Assembly (NCBI RefSeq): GCF_009914755.1
Contig: NC_060935.1
Length of the DNA stretch: 64,000 nucleotides
Source of the DNA: the human T2T-CHM13v2.0 reference genome, Homo sapiens
Strand: one strand, 5' to 3'
This document shows, piece after piece, positions 1-15,949 of the stretch. The notes beneath the pieces are model-generated. The model did not search any database. It was not told where the DNA came from and saw only the letters and a list, made by a program, of their open reading frames with translations. The position numbers and the translations under genes are program-made. How positions within the stretch are numbered: position 1 is the first letter of the stretch; each line of letters begins with the position of its first letter.

Positions 1-237
1 AATTTTTACCTTCCAAATTTATATACATACAGACATTACAAATGCTGTCCTCGGCTCAAGCAAAACAGCAAATTTACTCTATAAAAGGGGCTTGTCAACA
101 ATATCTACATGAAGACCTAGTACTGTGTAAAACCCAGCAAGGATTTTCTCTATTTTAACATTTTCATTGCATTATACAGTAATTTTATATAAACATTACT
201 TTTAAAGAAATTATAATTACATCAAAAATAAATTGTT

Positions 238-1049
<812 letters not shown>

Positions 1050-1471
1050 AAAAAAAAATTGTTGATCTTTCATTAAGATATGAGGAAATCTTCCTTATTT
1101 AGAGGTGATATTTTCCTTGACACTTTACATAGATCAACAAACTACTGAAAACGCAGGTAAATAATTTCTTACCTTTTTTTAAAAAAACTAGAATTGCACA
1201 TTATTAAAGTCATCGCATAGTTCGGTATACTATGTAAAAAACTTTCTATCTATCTTTCAAAGAGATTCTATTTGAATGTCTAATTGCTAATTTCTGCCTT
1301 TGCCTGCTAAATGATATAGCTGTAGTTACATATAAAAATCATAATTTCATTGTTGCAGAAAATAACGAAATACACTTTTCAAAATTGGTTATTAGCAGTG
1401 TTACTTCCTTAAGCAATCAAATAAGATTTCAGTTTTACAAAAGATATATGTTGAGGAACAGAGCGAGAGAA

Positions 1472-1493
1472 CTTTTCTTTCTTTCTTTCTTTT

Positions 1494-1556
<63 letters not shown>

Positions 1557-1652
1557 CTCTCTCTGTTTCATTCTCTTTCTCATTTTTCCTCCCTCCCTCC
1601 CTCTCTCTTTCTTTCTTTCTTTCCTTTTCTTTTCTTTTTCTTTCTTTTCTCT
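1472..1652. repeat. (TTTC)n microsatellite and CT-rich low-complexity tract
   Basis: Direct inspection. Confidence 0.95.
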
Positions 1653-2911
1653 CTGGACTCTGAGTTGCCTCACAAAAGAAACAGGCAACACAATGGGAGT
1701 GAACTGCTCACCATGATGCTTCCCTAGAATGTGGTAGGCTACAAGGTACCTGGAGCTCCTTAGTGTCTTAGGTTGATTCCACTTGTGGTAGCTGGGGTGA
1801 AGAGTTGGAAAGCTTACAGATGGATATAAAATCAACTTAAGCCTATGAAATTCTTTTCCCGCCTTCAGGAAAATTGTCTTAACAAGCTCCAGTCTGGCTA
1901 GCCCCAGGGACGAGAGGGGCCCTAGAAAAATACCAGTAAAGTATCCTGAAGTGTTAGTTGTCCCATGGTGTGGGGCTTGGATCAGGAACCCCAGTTGCCC
2001 AGTTATAAGGGCAATATTGCAATCATGTCCAACAATGCTCTTCAATTTAAACATGGTTACACAAACATCTATGTATACTAACTTCAGGTGTTTAAATGAC
2101 AATAATTTTTAAAAATAGTGTCATTAAAGAAGCCTGTTGAACTCTTACAGTGTTGGATAAATGTCACAGATGCCACCTATGGCCTGGAAATCTTGAGACT
2201 ACGTGGAAGGAAGCAAGCATGTGAAATCCTGTAAAGAACATGTATAATAAGAGCATAGATTTTCATAGGGAAAAACTGGGTTAACTGTGGCCTACAAAGA
2301 ACTTGACAAAATCAGAGAACAATTACCAAGGTAACTTATTTTATAAATGGTAATTATAAAAGTGGACAAAGTTATTTCTTAGGGACCAGATTAGGTTACA
2401 GGAAGGGATTTTGTTTTTAAGCAAAGCCTTAGAACTGGTCTCTATAAAGCAGGAGGGAGAGATATATTTAGGTATGGATCCCAGATAAGGTGCTGGAAAA
2501 GGAGAGAATATCAGAATAAAGCCTGAGGTACTATTGTCTCTCTATTCTAACACAAAGGCTTCTCTTATTTTTCCTTTTGTGGAGAGTTCCTTAGAAACTC
2601 TCATAGGAGCTCTCCCGACTTACTCAAAGTAATAACTAGTATTCCCACTAAGGGTCACGTTTGTTTGAGAAGTAGCCTCACGTAATTGCAAGAGAAAGCT
2701 GTGCCAGCTCCTCATACTGACAATCAAGTTCATGTGTTATAAATAGGAACACCTAATGAAAGCTTATCTTAAATTTGAAGAAAAAATAACTTGAACAAAA
2801 TGAATTAATATAGAATGAAAAACAAAATATAAAAAATAAGCAGGTAAAATAATGACAATGATGAACAAAGAGATAATTTAAAAAAACAAAGATATGCTTT
2901 AATAAAATTCT

Positions 2912-3211
2912 AGCCTCGACTTGGTGGCTTATGCCTGTAATCTTGGCACTTTGGGAGGCTGAGGTGGGCACATCACTTGAGCTCAGGAATTTGAGACCAG
3001 CCTGGGCAACATGGCAAAACCCATTTCTACAAAAAGTACAAACAATTAGCTGGGCATGGCGGTGCATGCCTGTAGTCCTAGCTACTGGAGAGGCTGAGGT
3101 GAGAGGATCACTTGAGCCCTGGAGATTGAGGCTGCAGTGAGCTGAGATTGTACAATTGCGCTCCAGCCTGGGCAAGAGAGTAAGACAGGGTTATTTTCTA
3201 AATAAATAAAT
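2912..3211 (+). mobile_element. AluJ-type SINE
   Basis: Dimeric Alu with J-like text (cacttgagctcaggaatttgagaccagcctgggcaacatggcaaaacc; gaggctgcagtgagc). Confidence 0.9.
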
Positions 3212-3409
3212 ACAATTTGAATTATTAACTTCAGATTCAAGAATGGTACTTCAGACGCTAAAAACAAATCTGCTTTTAAAGAAGTACAAACAGCTAAAAG
3301 TTTTTTGGATTAAAAACAAAACAAAACAAAACAAAAATCTTTGTGTTTAAGATAACCAGCATTTGGACTTAGTAATTCAGTAAGAGACTGGCTTAAAGTT
3401 TTGTCAGTG

Positions 3410-3918
3410 TCTCTAAGGTGTTTTTATCTTGTGTCAACTTTAAGCTACAGCTGTATTTTCTAGAAATCACTTTACTGAATGGAAGGTGTCCAAAAGAGAA
3501 ATTTGCATGGGATTAATTAAGAAGGTGGAAGTGGAATAGCAGTTTACTATCTAGGTGGTCCTGAAAGACAGAGATGCCATTGAATTTTAGCATGTCCTCA
3601 CTGTCCCTCCCTGCGTTCAGCTCTTCTTTCTGATGGCAGCAGCTTCTATAGACTTCTCCAGCTCTCCTTCCTGGTCTCACTTTGCAAGCTAGTTGTGTTT
3701 GATTTCCCTCAATTCCTTGAAAGCTCTGACTTGTCACCTACTTGACAACTTCAAGAGAGCTGGTGGTTGTTGACTTTTCTCTGATATTCCAACTCTCACT
3801 TTGGGCTCTTCACTTCCCTATATTTTCCCCCGGCTGAGTAGGTCTCATTTATTTAAGTCCCTAACTGTATAATACTCAATGTAATTCTGCTTTTCAGATT
3901 GACCTCTATTTGAGGCAT
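3410..3918 (+). mobile_element. Old ERVL solo LTR, LTR33-like
   Basis: ttatcttgtgtcaactttaagcta and aagagaaatttgcatgggat...ggtggaagtgg resemble the recalled LTR33 consensus. Confidence 0.6.
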
Positions 3919-4269
3919 AGTTTCTCTCTAAGTAAAATGAAGGTAGCAATTAAAGCAGATATTTTCATACTACAGTCTATGTGGTTTAAGAAGATTGCAA
4001 TGAGCAACTCAGTGACTCCCACTCTTAGGTGGGAATAAATAGCCAAAAGGTCATACATGCATGCTCTGCTTTTAAGAGAGTCACTATTATTTTACCTATT
4101 TTATATGCTTGATTTCTCTTACGGTTTCAAGAGAATCAAGGGATCTATGCCACCTACTCCCATATTTGAAACTACTATACTAGACAATCTGTAATGTCAT
4201 TTAACTCAAAATTCTTTCGAATTTGGGCCCATTAACTTTAAAATAATGTTTGCAAGTTCCTCTCTCTGT

Positions 4270-5700
4270 CATGATGGTTTCCAGAGATTTATTCTCTTTA
4301 CTTTTCTTCATCAAAATATTCTTTCTGGAAAAGCCTGCCTACTTACCCTATGATTTTACCATCTACCTGCTCATTGGTGGCTCTCCAATCTACATTTATA
4401 GCCTAAATGGCTCTCCTAAGTTATATATTTTTATTAAAATACCTGCTGGTGACCCATACATATCACATAAACAGCTTAAACTTAGCATGAAAATCACAGA
4501 ACTAATCATATATTATCATGTTACTCCCAAACATAAATATTATTCCTGTAGATTCTTTTTCAATAATTGAAATTACCATCACTCAGTACCTATATAAACA
4601 ATAAGCAGCATATTTTCCTGGTCTTTTCCTTCTTCCTTACCTTCGCTCTCCCACATCCAAGTAATCCACTTGGCCCAAAAGTCCTTTAGATCCCATCCGT
4701 CAACTTTCTCACCCCTCTCCTCTTCATTCTTAATGCTATTACCTTTCTTTCAGATCTAATTTCTTTTACTTTATTTATAAACAGTGCTATTGAGATATAA
4801 TTCATAGAACATACAAAGCACCCATTTAAATTACACAACTCAGTTTTTTAATCCTTTTTTAAAAATCTAATTACTATCATCCAGATAGCTGGTCTCAGTA
4901 ATGACATCTACTAGGACAAGGATCTAGGTCATGCTCCTTTAACTTCCTTTAGCATTTTGTGCTTATTTCTAGTAGATAATTTATTGTGCTTGATTTTAAT
5001 TTCTGGTTCCTGTAATATGTTTTTAAAATAAACTGAAAAGTTATTGAAGTCAGTGACTGTTAATGGTTAATGGTAAATTAATGGTTAATATTAAGTGTCA
5101 ACTTAATTGGATTGAAATTTTGTTTCTGGGTGTGTCTGTGAGGATGTTGCCAGAGGAGATTAACATTTGAGTCAGTGGACTGGGAGAGGACCACTAGTGT
5201 GGGTGGGCACCATCCAATGGGCTTCCAGCACGGCTAGAAAAAGCAGTCAGAATAAGGTGACGTAAGCTGGCTTGGTGAGTCTTCCGCTTTCATCATTCTC
5301 CCATGCTGGTTGCTTCCTGCCCTTCAACATCAGACTCAAGATTCCAGGAGTCTTTGGACTCTTGGACTTACACAAGTGGTTTGCCAGGGGCTCTTGGGCC
5401 TCTGGTCACAGACTGAAGGCTGCACTTTCAGCTTCTCTATGTTTGAGGGTTTTGAATTTGCAGTGAGCCACTACTGGCTTCCTTGCTCTTCAGCTTGCAG
5501 ATGGCCTGTCGTGGGACTTCACCTTGTGATCATGTGAGTCAATTTCCTTAATAAACTCCTTTCATATATACATCTATCCTACTAGTTCTGTTGCTCTGGA
5601 GAGCTCTAATACAGTGACTGTGTGTTTTATCTCTTCTTTTCTGATACCTCACAGACAGTAAGAAACAAATAATTATGTGTTGAGTGAATGAATGAATGAA
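4270..5700 (+). mobile_element. Fragmented L2 LINE, interrupted by an L1M scrap and an MLT2 LTR
   Basis: L2-like core (accatctac...cttaaacttagcatg) and a typical L2 3' end (tgttgagtgaatgaatgaatgaa, to 5700). Confidence 0.6.
5058..5613 (+). mobile_element. MLT2 (HERV-L) solo LTR, MLT2A2/MLT2B-like
   Basis: TG...CA termini, gagattaacatttgagtcagtggactgg, AATAAA, and a perfect 5-bp TSD gtgac (5053-5057 / 5614-5618). Confidence 0.9.
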
Positions 5701-8189
5701 AAAGACATTATTGAGTCACCTCAATGTAAGAATATGTAAATCTTTTTTTTTTTTCTTCAGGGCTCTATACTCAAATTAAAATAGTGTCTAAGAAAATAAG
5801 CACATAAATATTCGATTTATTATTAATATTTGGATAAAATAATTTAATTAATTTAACATGCCCTTATATTGATCTCATCTCTAGGATTATCTACCAAATG
5901 CATAGGAATTAGAGACAATATAAATTCAGCTAAGCATAAATAATGACACCAACATTTGATAATAACAAAGTCGGGATAATAGTTTGAATGTTTAAAATTT
6001 TGCATGTGGCTATTTTCAGGCAAAGCTGCAAATATTTTTTTGAGTGCTGAATAAATTTCCAGAAGGCAAGAAAGGAGTTCTATTAAGAGAAAATAAATAA
6101 ATAACATCCAACACCTGAACATTCAGAAATAGCAAGCTCTGAGAAGTTCCTAAATTAGCTGTAGCTAAAGCTTGACAATTGTCTTTTATCAAGACAAAAA
6201 TAACTGGGCTCCATGGTATCACAGCTGTGAAGGCACCAGCTTGTTAAAGCAGGAGAGATTGACATGTCAAATTACCACCTTCGCCAAAGATTGCACTGGA
6301 TGTCCATCAAAATGAGACCAACACTTATGTGAGGGGTGAGGAAAGAAGAAGGGAGGTGGAAAAATGCGGAGGGGAAAAAGCAATCAGGCACTTTTATATA
6401 TTTTTATTTGTTCCTCACTCTATTAAAAAAATCTACAAACAAAGAGCTACTCTAGTTCCTGGTCGTCAATATTAAATTTCAGATCATAAGACTAGCATTT
6501 TCCACCTTTAGCTTCTATCTTTAAAATCTCTGATTTAATGTGCTTTGTCCCAGAATATACCTGAATGTAACTGTGTTCAAGATCACACAGCTGGAATATA
6601 GGTTTTCTGTCCCAAATTTAATTCTGTCTTTAATAAACCATGTTTCCTGGGTCATATATATATGTTAAGATTTATATGCTTCTATCTCACATTATTTCAC
6701 TCTGCAAGCTCTAAATATTAAAACACATGATATTTAAACTATATTACTTTAGCGTATACTACATTACACATTTTAAAGTAGTATATTACTTTATAGAAAT
6801 TCTGCTTTGTTCATAATTTTCTGGAATGAGTTTTTATATGGTATGTGATGAATGGAGATTTATTTTAATAAATACATAAATAATTCATTCATTTTAATTT
6901 AACAAAGATAAACGGTTACCTGTATTTAGCCTACTGATCTGTTTATTTAATAGTTCATGAAGGGTAATATAGGTCATTCTGCAAATTTTGACTGCAAACC
7001 TCAATTTTAATTTTACTTTGTTCACCTATTAAAGGCTGAAAGAAATAAAAGACTACGAGCTCAATTTTTGGCTTAATATGGAAAAAGTCCTATCTTCAGC
7101 AAACCATTTTGGTGGAAAGGGAAAAAATTAGATTAATCAGGAAAGAAATCTATTTTTTCTTAATTTTGATCAGAATATCTCTGATGATTAGCACAAAAAA
7201 ATCAGAAACCTATGTTTTAGTGTTAAATTTTCTTATTCTCTTCATAGAAAAGTTTGCTTATTTAACAAATAATTTATTTTGTGAGAGGAGTGGTAAGCTT
7301 AGAAGCCATTCTATATCTGGTCCTAGTAATTATTACCAATAGATACCCTCTAAAGATGAAATATTTTGAACTTATCATATTTAAACATTGCCAATAAGTC
7401 ATATTTCTAACAATGCAACAAGCACACGAATAACATTAAGAAGCTTCAAACCTGCAAATACCTTTGTGTTCAATGCCTTTTTTAAAATGTGAAGTTCTTA
7501 CTATAGTGTATTGAATGTCAAAATTATGCATATTAAGGGCATCAAAGTTGATGGACCTTACCACATCTTGGTAATATTTTAACATGTCAAAGGTATGTTA
7601 AAGTACACTCATGATTGTCTTAAAAATAATTTAAGTTGTTCTCTAGTTTTTTAGGAACTAACATAGTAAATGGTATTACCTTCATACTCAAACCTAGAAA
7701 AGCAAGATATTTGTGTCTCTTACATTAGCAGTGAAATTCTGAGCTCGAAATGTTTCCCAGCCTTGGCTTTGGGTTTGTTTTTTTGTTTTTTTGCTTTTTT
7801 GTTTTTTTTCCCAAGCTGTATGTAGTGATGGCATCTAAACAAAATTCTTGAGCCAACGTTAACTAAATCAAGGGCAATTTCAATATTTCAGGCTCTCCTT
7901 AATCTCAATCGATTGTCATTTAAAATGAAATCTTTTTCTTTCCCTAAGACCTGGAACCAGGTGGAAACTGAGCACCCACATTATTATCCAGGGACACCAG
8001 CTGAATTGTCCATATTCTTAACCTCTGCCTTGATATAGAAATTATTTTAGAAATGACATTAGTTCATTGAGTTTGAAATCCATGCTAGGTGCTTCATAAA
8101 ACTTCAAATTCTTACCACCACCTCAAAAGGTAACTGTTATTAAACTCATTTAATAAATAAGCAAGGTGGAATTTTAAAAATACTGTTCA

Positions 8190-8496
<307 letters not shown>

Positions 8497-8599
8497 TCAA
8501 GGTAGCTAACAGAATAGAGCTCAACATAATACCATTGTGTTCTTGTTAATTATTAATGATAATTTAAGTTGATATAATTAATATTAATAGAATAAACAT

Positions 8600-8790
8600 A
8601 AATAGAGCTTATCATGGTCTGGCACTGTTTTACATATTAACCTTCTCAAAACTATTCTTGCCACCTCAAAATATGTTCATTTTACAAGAGGAAGCTGAAG
8701 AAGAGAGAGTCCAAGTAACTTGTCAGAGCCATGTTTAACAGGTAGGACTAAAACCTAGCCATTCTTGACATCGAATCTGTGCTCTTACTA
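8600..8790 (-). mobile_element. MIR SINE fragment
   Basis: ttttacaagaggaagctgaag...aagtaacttgtcagagcc matches the antisense MIR core. Confidence 0.6.
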
Positions 8791-9359
8791 CATTACCATG
8801 CATCCTTCCACGGATTCTTCCAACTAGAATTCTAGTTCCATCCCAGGGCCAAAGCCTTACTCAAAAGCCTGGCCTCATGGCTAAAAGACAAAGGACTTCC
8901 TAACATCCAAGTGTTTGGGCTTTGTCTATTCCACCACCATTCAATTTTGCTTCTCAAAGTAGGGATCCTGAGAATAACTACTGCCTGAATTGCAGTTGTA
9001 CTTGCCAAACCCTTTAGATTCACCTATCCAGACAACTCAGGAGACAGAATTTTCAAACCTATCAAATGTCTCCAGAACTTCTATCCTTTTCTCTTGAATA
9101 TCTATGGTACTATGGTGTACATTAACCCTAAAGAGAATCAAGACCAATCCCCTCACTCCTCTCTGGGAGGGCAAAAATACCGAGAGCTAAATATGTTTTC
9201 TCTAGTCGTAAGGAAATGAGAAAAAGGAGAGTCTGATTCTGCTTTTGGAAATGTGGTCTGGTCCATCACTTTAGGCTATGATATTACAGTTATAATATCT
9301 AATTGGCATATCTTGCCTGTAATTCCGTTTCAGAGGCAGATATTTTGAAAAAGAATTTA

Positions 9360-9662
<303 letters not shown>

Positions 9663-9908
9663 TTATATTTCTGGGTAAGTGTCACTTTCTCTCAACTTTT
9701 TTCTACTATTAAAATTTTTCTACTATTTTTTCTACTATTTTACTACTATTAAAACAGTAGAATTTTTTTCTGCTATTAAAAAAGATGAAAATCTTATGCA
9801 AAACACAGTGGTCACTCTCCTCCCAACAGCATACATTCTATCAAGCATCAATAACAGAGCATAGTTCCACTTTCTTCAATGCTATGATGTAACAGTGATT
9901 AGGTGTGT

Positions 9909-10190
9909 TAATGCATGAGGTAAGGAGCAAGGTGGACAATTCATCATAGGAATGTGATTGTTCAAACCTTCGTTAAGTCCTGGATTTTAGCCCACATATG
10001 GATCTCTACAGCTTTACAATGTAATTTGAAATCAGGAAGTGTGATGTCCTAATGCATGAGGTAAGATGCAAGGTGGGCAATTCATCATCAGAATATGATT
10101 GTTCAAACTTTCATAAGTCATAGATTGTACTCCACATTTGGATCTCTATAGTTGTATAACATAATTTGAAATCAGGAAGCGTAATGTTCC
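9909..10190. repeat. Two-copy 141-bp tandem duplication, about 83% identical
   Basis: Copies start at 9909 and 10050 with taatgcatgaggtaag and end in gaaatcaggaagygt. Confidence 0.9.
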
Positions 10191-10360
10191 CAGTTATGTT
10201 ATTTTTTAAGAGTACATTGACTATTTGAGGTCTTTTGAGGTTCCAGATAAATTTTAGTATTGTTTTTTCTATTTCTGTGAAAAAAGACATCAGAATTTTG
10301 ATAAGGATTGCATTAAATCTGTAGATAATTTTGAGTAGTAAGGGCATTTTTGAAACATTA
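10148..10360 (-). mobile_element. Old L1M ORF2 fragment
   Basis: The minus-strand [15 protein letters not shown]...[15 protein letters not shown]...ITLPDFKL is L1 ORF2-like. Confidence 0.85.
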
Positions 10361-11175
10361 GGGTTAGTGGTCATTTGATGTATAGATAATCTTTATGTAC
10401 ATTTAAAAGCAGAATATTTGTTTTATTCTAGATTATCAACTCCCTGCATACAACGACATTGTTTAATTCACGTCTGTATTTTTGGTACTTAATAATGAGC
10501 CACACATAATTGATGTCCAAGGAAACTCGTTGAAGATGAAACTGAAAGAAGAAAAACATGTTTTTCTACTGAAAGGTGCTGTGTAACTTAAGAAGAAAAA
10601 ACTCAACTGATTATTAAAAGGAAGTACTGGATTTTAAGACAGGAGGAAAAACCTTTTTTTCTGTGATGTCCTAAGTAAAGAGACATTTCCTTATACTATA
10701 TTTGGTAACACACTAAAGAGAGAATGCTATGCAGACCCATTCTGTCTGTTTATATATTTAGTGTAATGTTTAGTATAATTGTTGGATTTCAGTTTTCATA
10801 GGATGAAGAAAGGCATGAAACATTTTTGCTACAAGTTTAGAAACAAGAAAAAATTAACAAAACAAAAAATTATTTTTATAAATTATTGGTTAAAAGTGCT
10901 AAACATAACAACACTTTGGAGAACTGAATTCCAAAAAAGAAATATTTCATAAGTGGGGAGACAGGTTTGGAAGGTCTCATGCCCAGGGCAAGCACCTGAT
11001 CCTGGATGTAAGTAGAGAAGAGCAGAGTTAGAAATAGATGGAGATACTTCCCACGTATGAGAAACAATCCAATGAGTCTAAGAGGAACGTGTGAGCTTTC
11101 TATATGGAATAGGATCTTTAGAGCACCAGACATACTAAAAATATTTTCAGCTGGACACTTTTATCTCATGCCTGC

Positions 11176-12033
<858 letters not shown>

Positions 12034-12038
12034 CCTAC

Positions 12039-12600
<562 letters not shown>

Positions 12601-12760
12601 TGGAACAGGTCATGACAGTGGGCTAACAAACAAGAAGTTGCATGCAAAATTATAGTGCTTAGGATCTGGTGTCCTTTGAGTGTTTAATACAAAAGTGACC
12701 AAAAAAATATTATATTGTAGTTCATAACTCTCTGAGCTCAAATATCATCATTTAGGAAAA

Positions 12761-12810
12761 GGAGGAGGAGGAGGAAGATGAGGAGGAGGATGAGGAGGGG
12801 GAGGGGGAGA
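12761..12810. repeat. (GGA)n purine-rich repeat
   Basis: Direct inspection. Confidence 0.85.
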
Positions 12811-12839
12811 AAACTTCTAGTGATCTGGAAGCTTCAGTC

Positions 12840-13404
12840 TGGTAGGCAACTTTTGAAATGTGTATCATTGTCTTCTTCTCCTAGAATTCAGTTTTGTGTA
12901 ATTTTCTCCCTTTGTGCACTGAATCTATTGATTTTCTTTGAATAAATAGAATATGCCAAAGTGATGTTACTTCCATGACCAGATTACAAAAGACTATAAC
13001 GTCTTTCTTGCTAGCACTCTGCCATTTGTTGGCACTCGTTTTTCTTCTCTCTTGCTTGCACTGATGAAGCTTGCAGCCATATTGTGAGGTGCTTTCAAAA
13101 AGCCCTTTGTTAGAAGGGACTGAAGGAGGAATCTCACCAACAACTTAGGGGAACTAAGTCTTTACCCCCACAATTAATGAGAAACTAAATCCTGTCAACA
13201 ACCACGTGAATGAGTAACAAAGCAGATCCTTTCTAGTTAAGTGTTGGCATAGATGAAGACTAGTATGAAACTCAGAGCCAGAGGTGCTAAGCTGCACCTG
13301 GACTACTGACCCACAAAGACTCTGAAATTGAAAAAACTATATATTATTGTCTTAAGCTACTTAATGTTGAGCGATAACTTATGTGACAATAGTTAACTAA
13401 AGCA
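12840..13404 (+). mobile_element. Old MLT1 (F/G/H-like) LTR
   Basis: MaLR-like interior and end (ttgtcttaagctacttaatgttg...aatagttaactaaagca). Confidence 0.6.
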
Positions 13405-13639
13405 TGTAGATTAACAAATGAATTTCATCTGAATTCTAGACACATCTCTATGAGGATGGGAGGAGGTGGTGTGTTGAGCTAATTTGCCCAAGTGTTGAAC
13501 AGAGAAAATGGCTTGCATTCTCTTGAAAATAAGCAATACAAAGCAAGTCAGAAGCAAACTTCTTTCCCCATATATTTTTATGCACAATAAGTGAAATAAT
13601 CAAAATCAAAACAGTCTATACAAGAAGACACAGCTATCT

Positions 13640-14710
13640 AATTATTGGAATTAGCTGACCATGAAATTAAAAGTTATAAATATGTTAAATAATTTACAGA
13701 AAAATATTAATGTACTTTGTAAAGAGATGGGCAATTTCAGGAGAGAAAAATAAAAATTAAAAAAACCCACAAAATTCTAGTCCTAAGCAATAAAAATATT
13801 AAACCAAACAATTGTAATCCAGAGAATTAAATTTAAAAATATTATACTATATAAAACTGAATTATACAATCAAACTAAATTATATATAACTGAAATCCTA
13901 AAATGACTAAAAACATAATAACCAAAAGTTTGAAAATATGATAACCAAAGTCTTTTCAAATGTGATGAAACACATTCAAAGAGCTTAGCAAATCCCTGTA
14001 GGATAAATATCAAATTAACCACACTAAGGCACATTATAGCAAATTTCAGGTGAAAAAACAAAAACCGAGAAAGAGACAACTTCAAAATCATGAAGGAAAA
14101 ATAAAACACTTTATTTAAATAAAATCTGAAATCATTCCTCACCTTTGAATTCTAACTTATGTGAATTTATGTGAATTCACATAAATTATGTCTAATTTAT
14201 ATGAATTCCTAAAAGAAATTTCTCAGAGTTAGAGAAATAATACTTGTTAAAATTTAGATTTACAGGAAGAAATGAAGGGTGCTGGAAGTGGTAAAAATAT
14301 ATGTAAATATGAAAACTAATTTATTTAAAGCATAAATATTTAAAGTAGTTATCTGTAAAAGTAAATGTCTACAGAAATAAAATATATGGCAAAGTAGGAA
14401 AAAAGATGAGGGAGGCAGTAGATTAAAGTACACACACAGTAATAATGCATTTCTATTTTTGTAGATTAATGTAACACTGCTTTAAAGTAAAATGTGATAA
14501 ATTAAGAAAATATATTGTAATCTTTTAGTTATTTAGGCAAAATAGATGAGAGAGGGAGACAGGGAGGAAGAGAGAGAGACAGAAACAGAGACAGAGAAAG
14601 ACAGAGGGAGAGAGAATAATAGAAAACAAATGCAAACACGGTAGACTCAAACCCAAACGTATCAATAATATTAAGCTGAAATGGACAAAGTATTCAAATA
14701 AAAGGAAGAA
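13640..14710 (+). mobile_element. Highly diverged L1M fragments
   Basis: A-rich, L1-like text (aggcacattatagcaaatt; gtagactcaaacccaaacgtatcaataat). Confidence 0.45.
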
Positions 14711-14769
14711 GCATACAGAGGATCAGAAATGTTCATAGGAAATAGTATAACAGATGCAGACGTCAAGAG

Positions 14770-15120
14770 TTCTTTTTAAAAAGGCATTTCCATCATACAT
14801 AGTTCTATTCTTAAACGTACATTAAGTCAAGTTTTAAAAATTATAAATATCTGTGAATTGCACCAAGCAACCTATATTTATTTATAGAGAGAAACTGCTC
14901 TTTAATCCCAAATGTTCCCATGTTACCCTTTGCAGTCACTTCCTCCCATGTGAAAAAAACAACCACTGTTGTGATTTAAATCACCATAGATTAGTTTTTC
15001 CTATTTTAGAATTTTAGAAAACAAGAATCATCCAGTATTCATTTACTCAACAACATGTCTGTGAGATGTATGCTTGTTGGCTTGTTGTTTCTTATAAAAA
15101 TTATATTTTCATTGTGAGTT
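14770..15120 (-). mobile_element. Old L1ME-type 3' end
   Basis: caaccactgttgtgattt...caccatagattagttttt...actcaacaacatgtctgtgagat. Confidence 0.55.
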
Positions 15121-15122
15121 AG

Positions 15123-15471
<349 letters not shown>

Positions 15472-15949
15472 TGAATTTTTTTTTCAGTACTTTTTCTAAT
15501 AATTACTGGGAGAGGGCTGTTGACCTTTTAGAGTAAACTTTGCCATAAATAATTTGTCAATTGTAATGTCGTTTAATGATATGCAAATTAGGAGATAAGG
15601 GAGAAAAGTGTGGTAATTGAATTTAAACATTTTGCTTTAAGTTCAGTATAAAGTTTGAGCTATCATTAAGATATAAGTAATGTGAAAATATTGAGTAGGT
15701 ACCTGGAGGTTTGAAAAAATAAGTTAATGCATATAAAAGAATTAGTATAGCTCTTAGAGGATAGGAATGGCTTAATAATTATGAAGTGCCATATTAACTA
15801 TAAGGTTTGAAAATTATTCATTTTATTTCTGTCCTTGGTTGTAAAGAATGAGGATCTACGACACTTTTCACTACTATATTGGGGGAAACAAAAGCTCTTG
15901 ACTTTCAATATTATGCAGTCATATAGGCTTTTAAGCAAACTTAAACATA

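Noticed and set aside
1401-2102. Longest ORF in the track (233 aa) as a gene
   Set aside because: Its length comes from reading through the stop-free (GAAA)n repeat. It has a non-ATG start and no recognisable domain.
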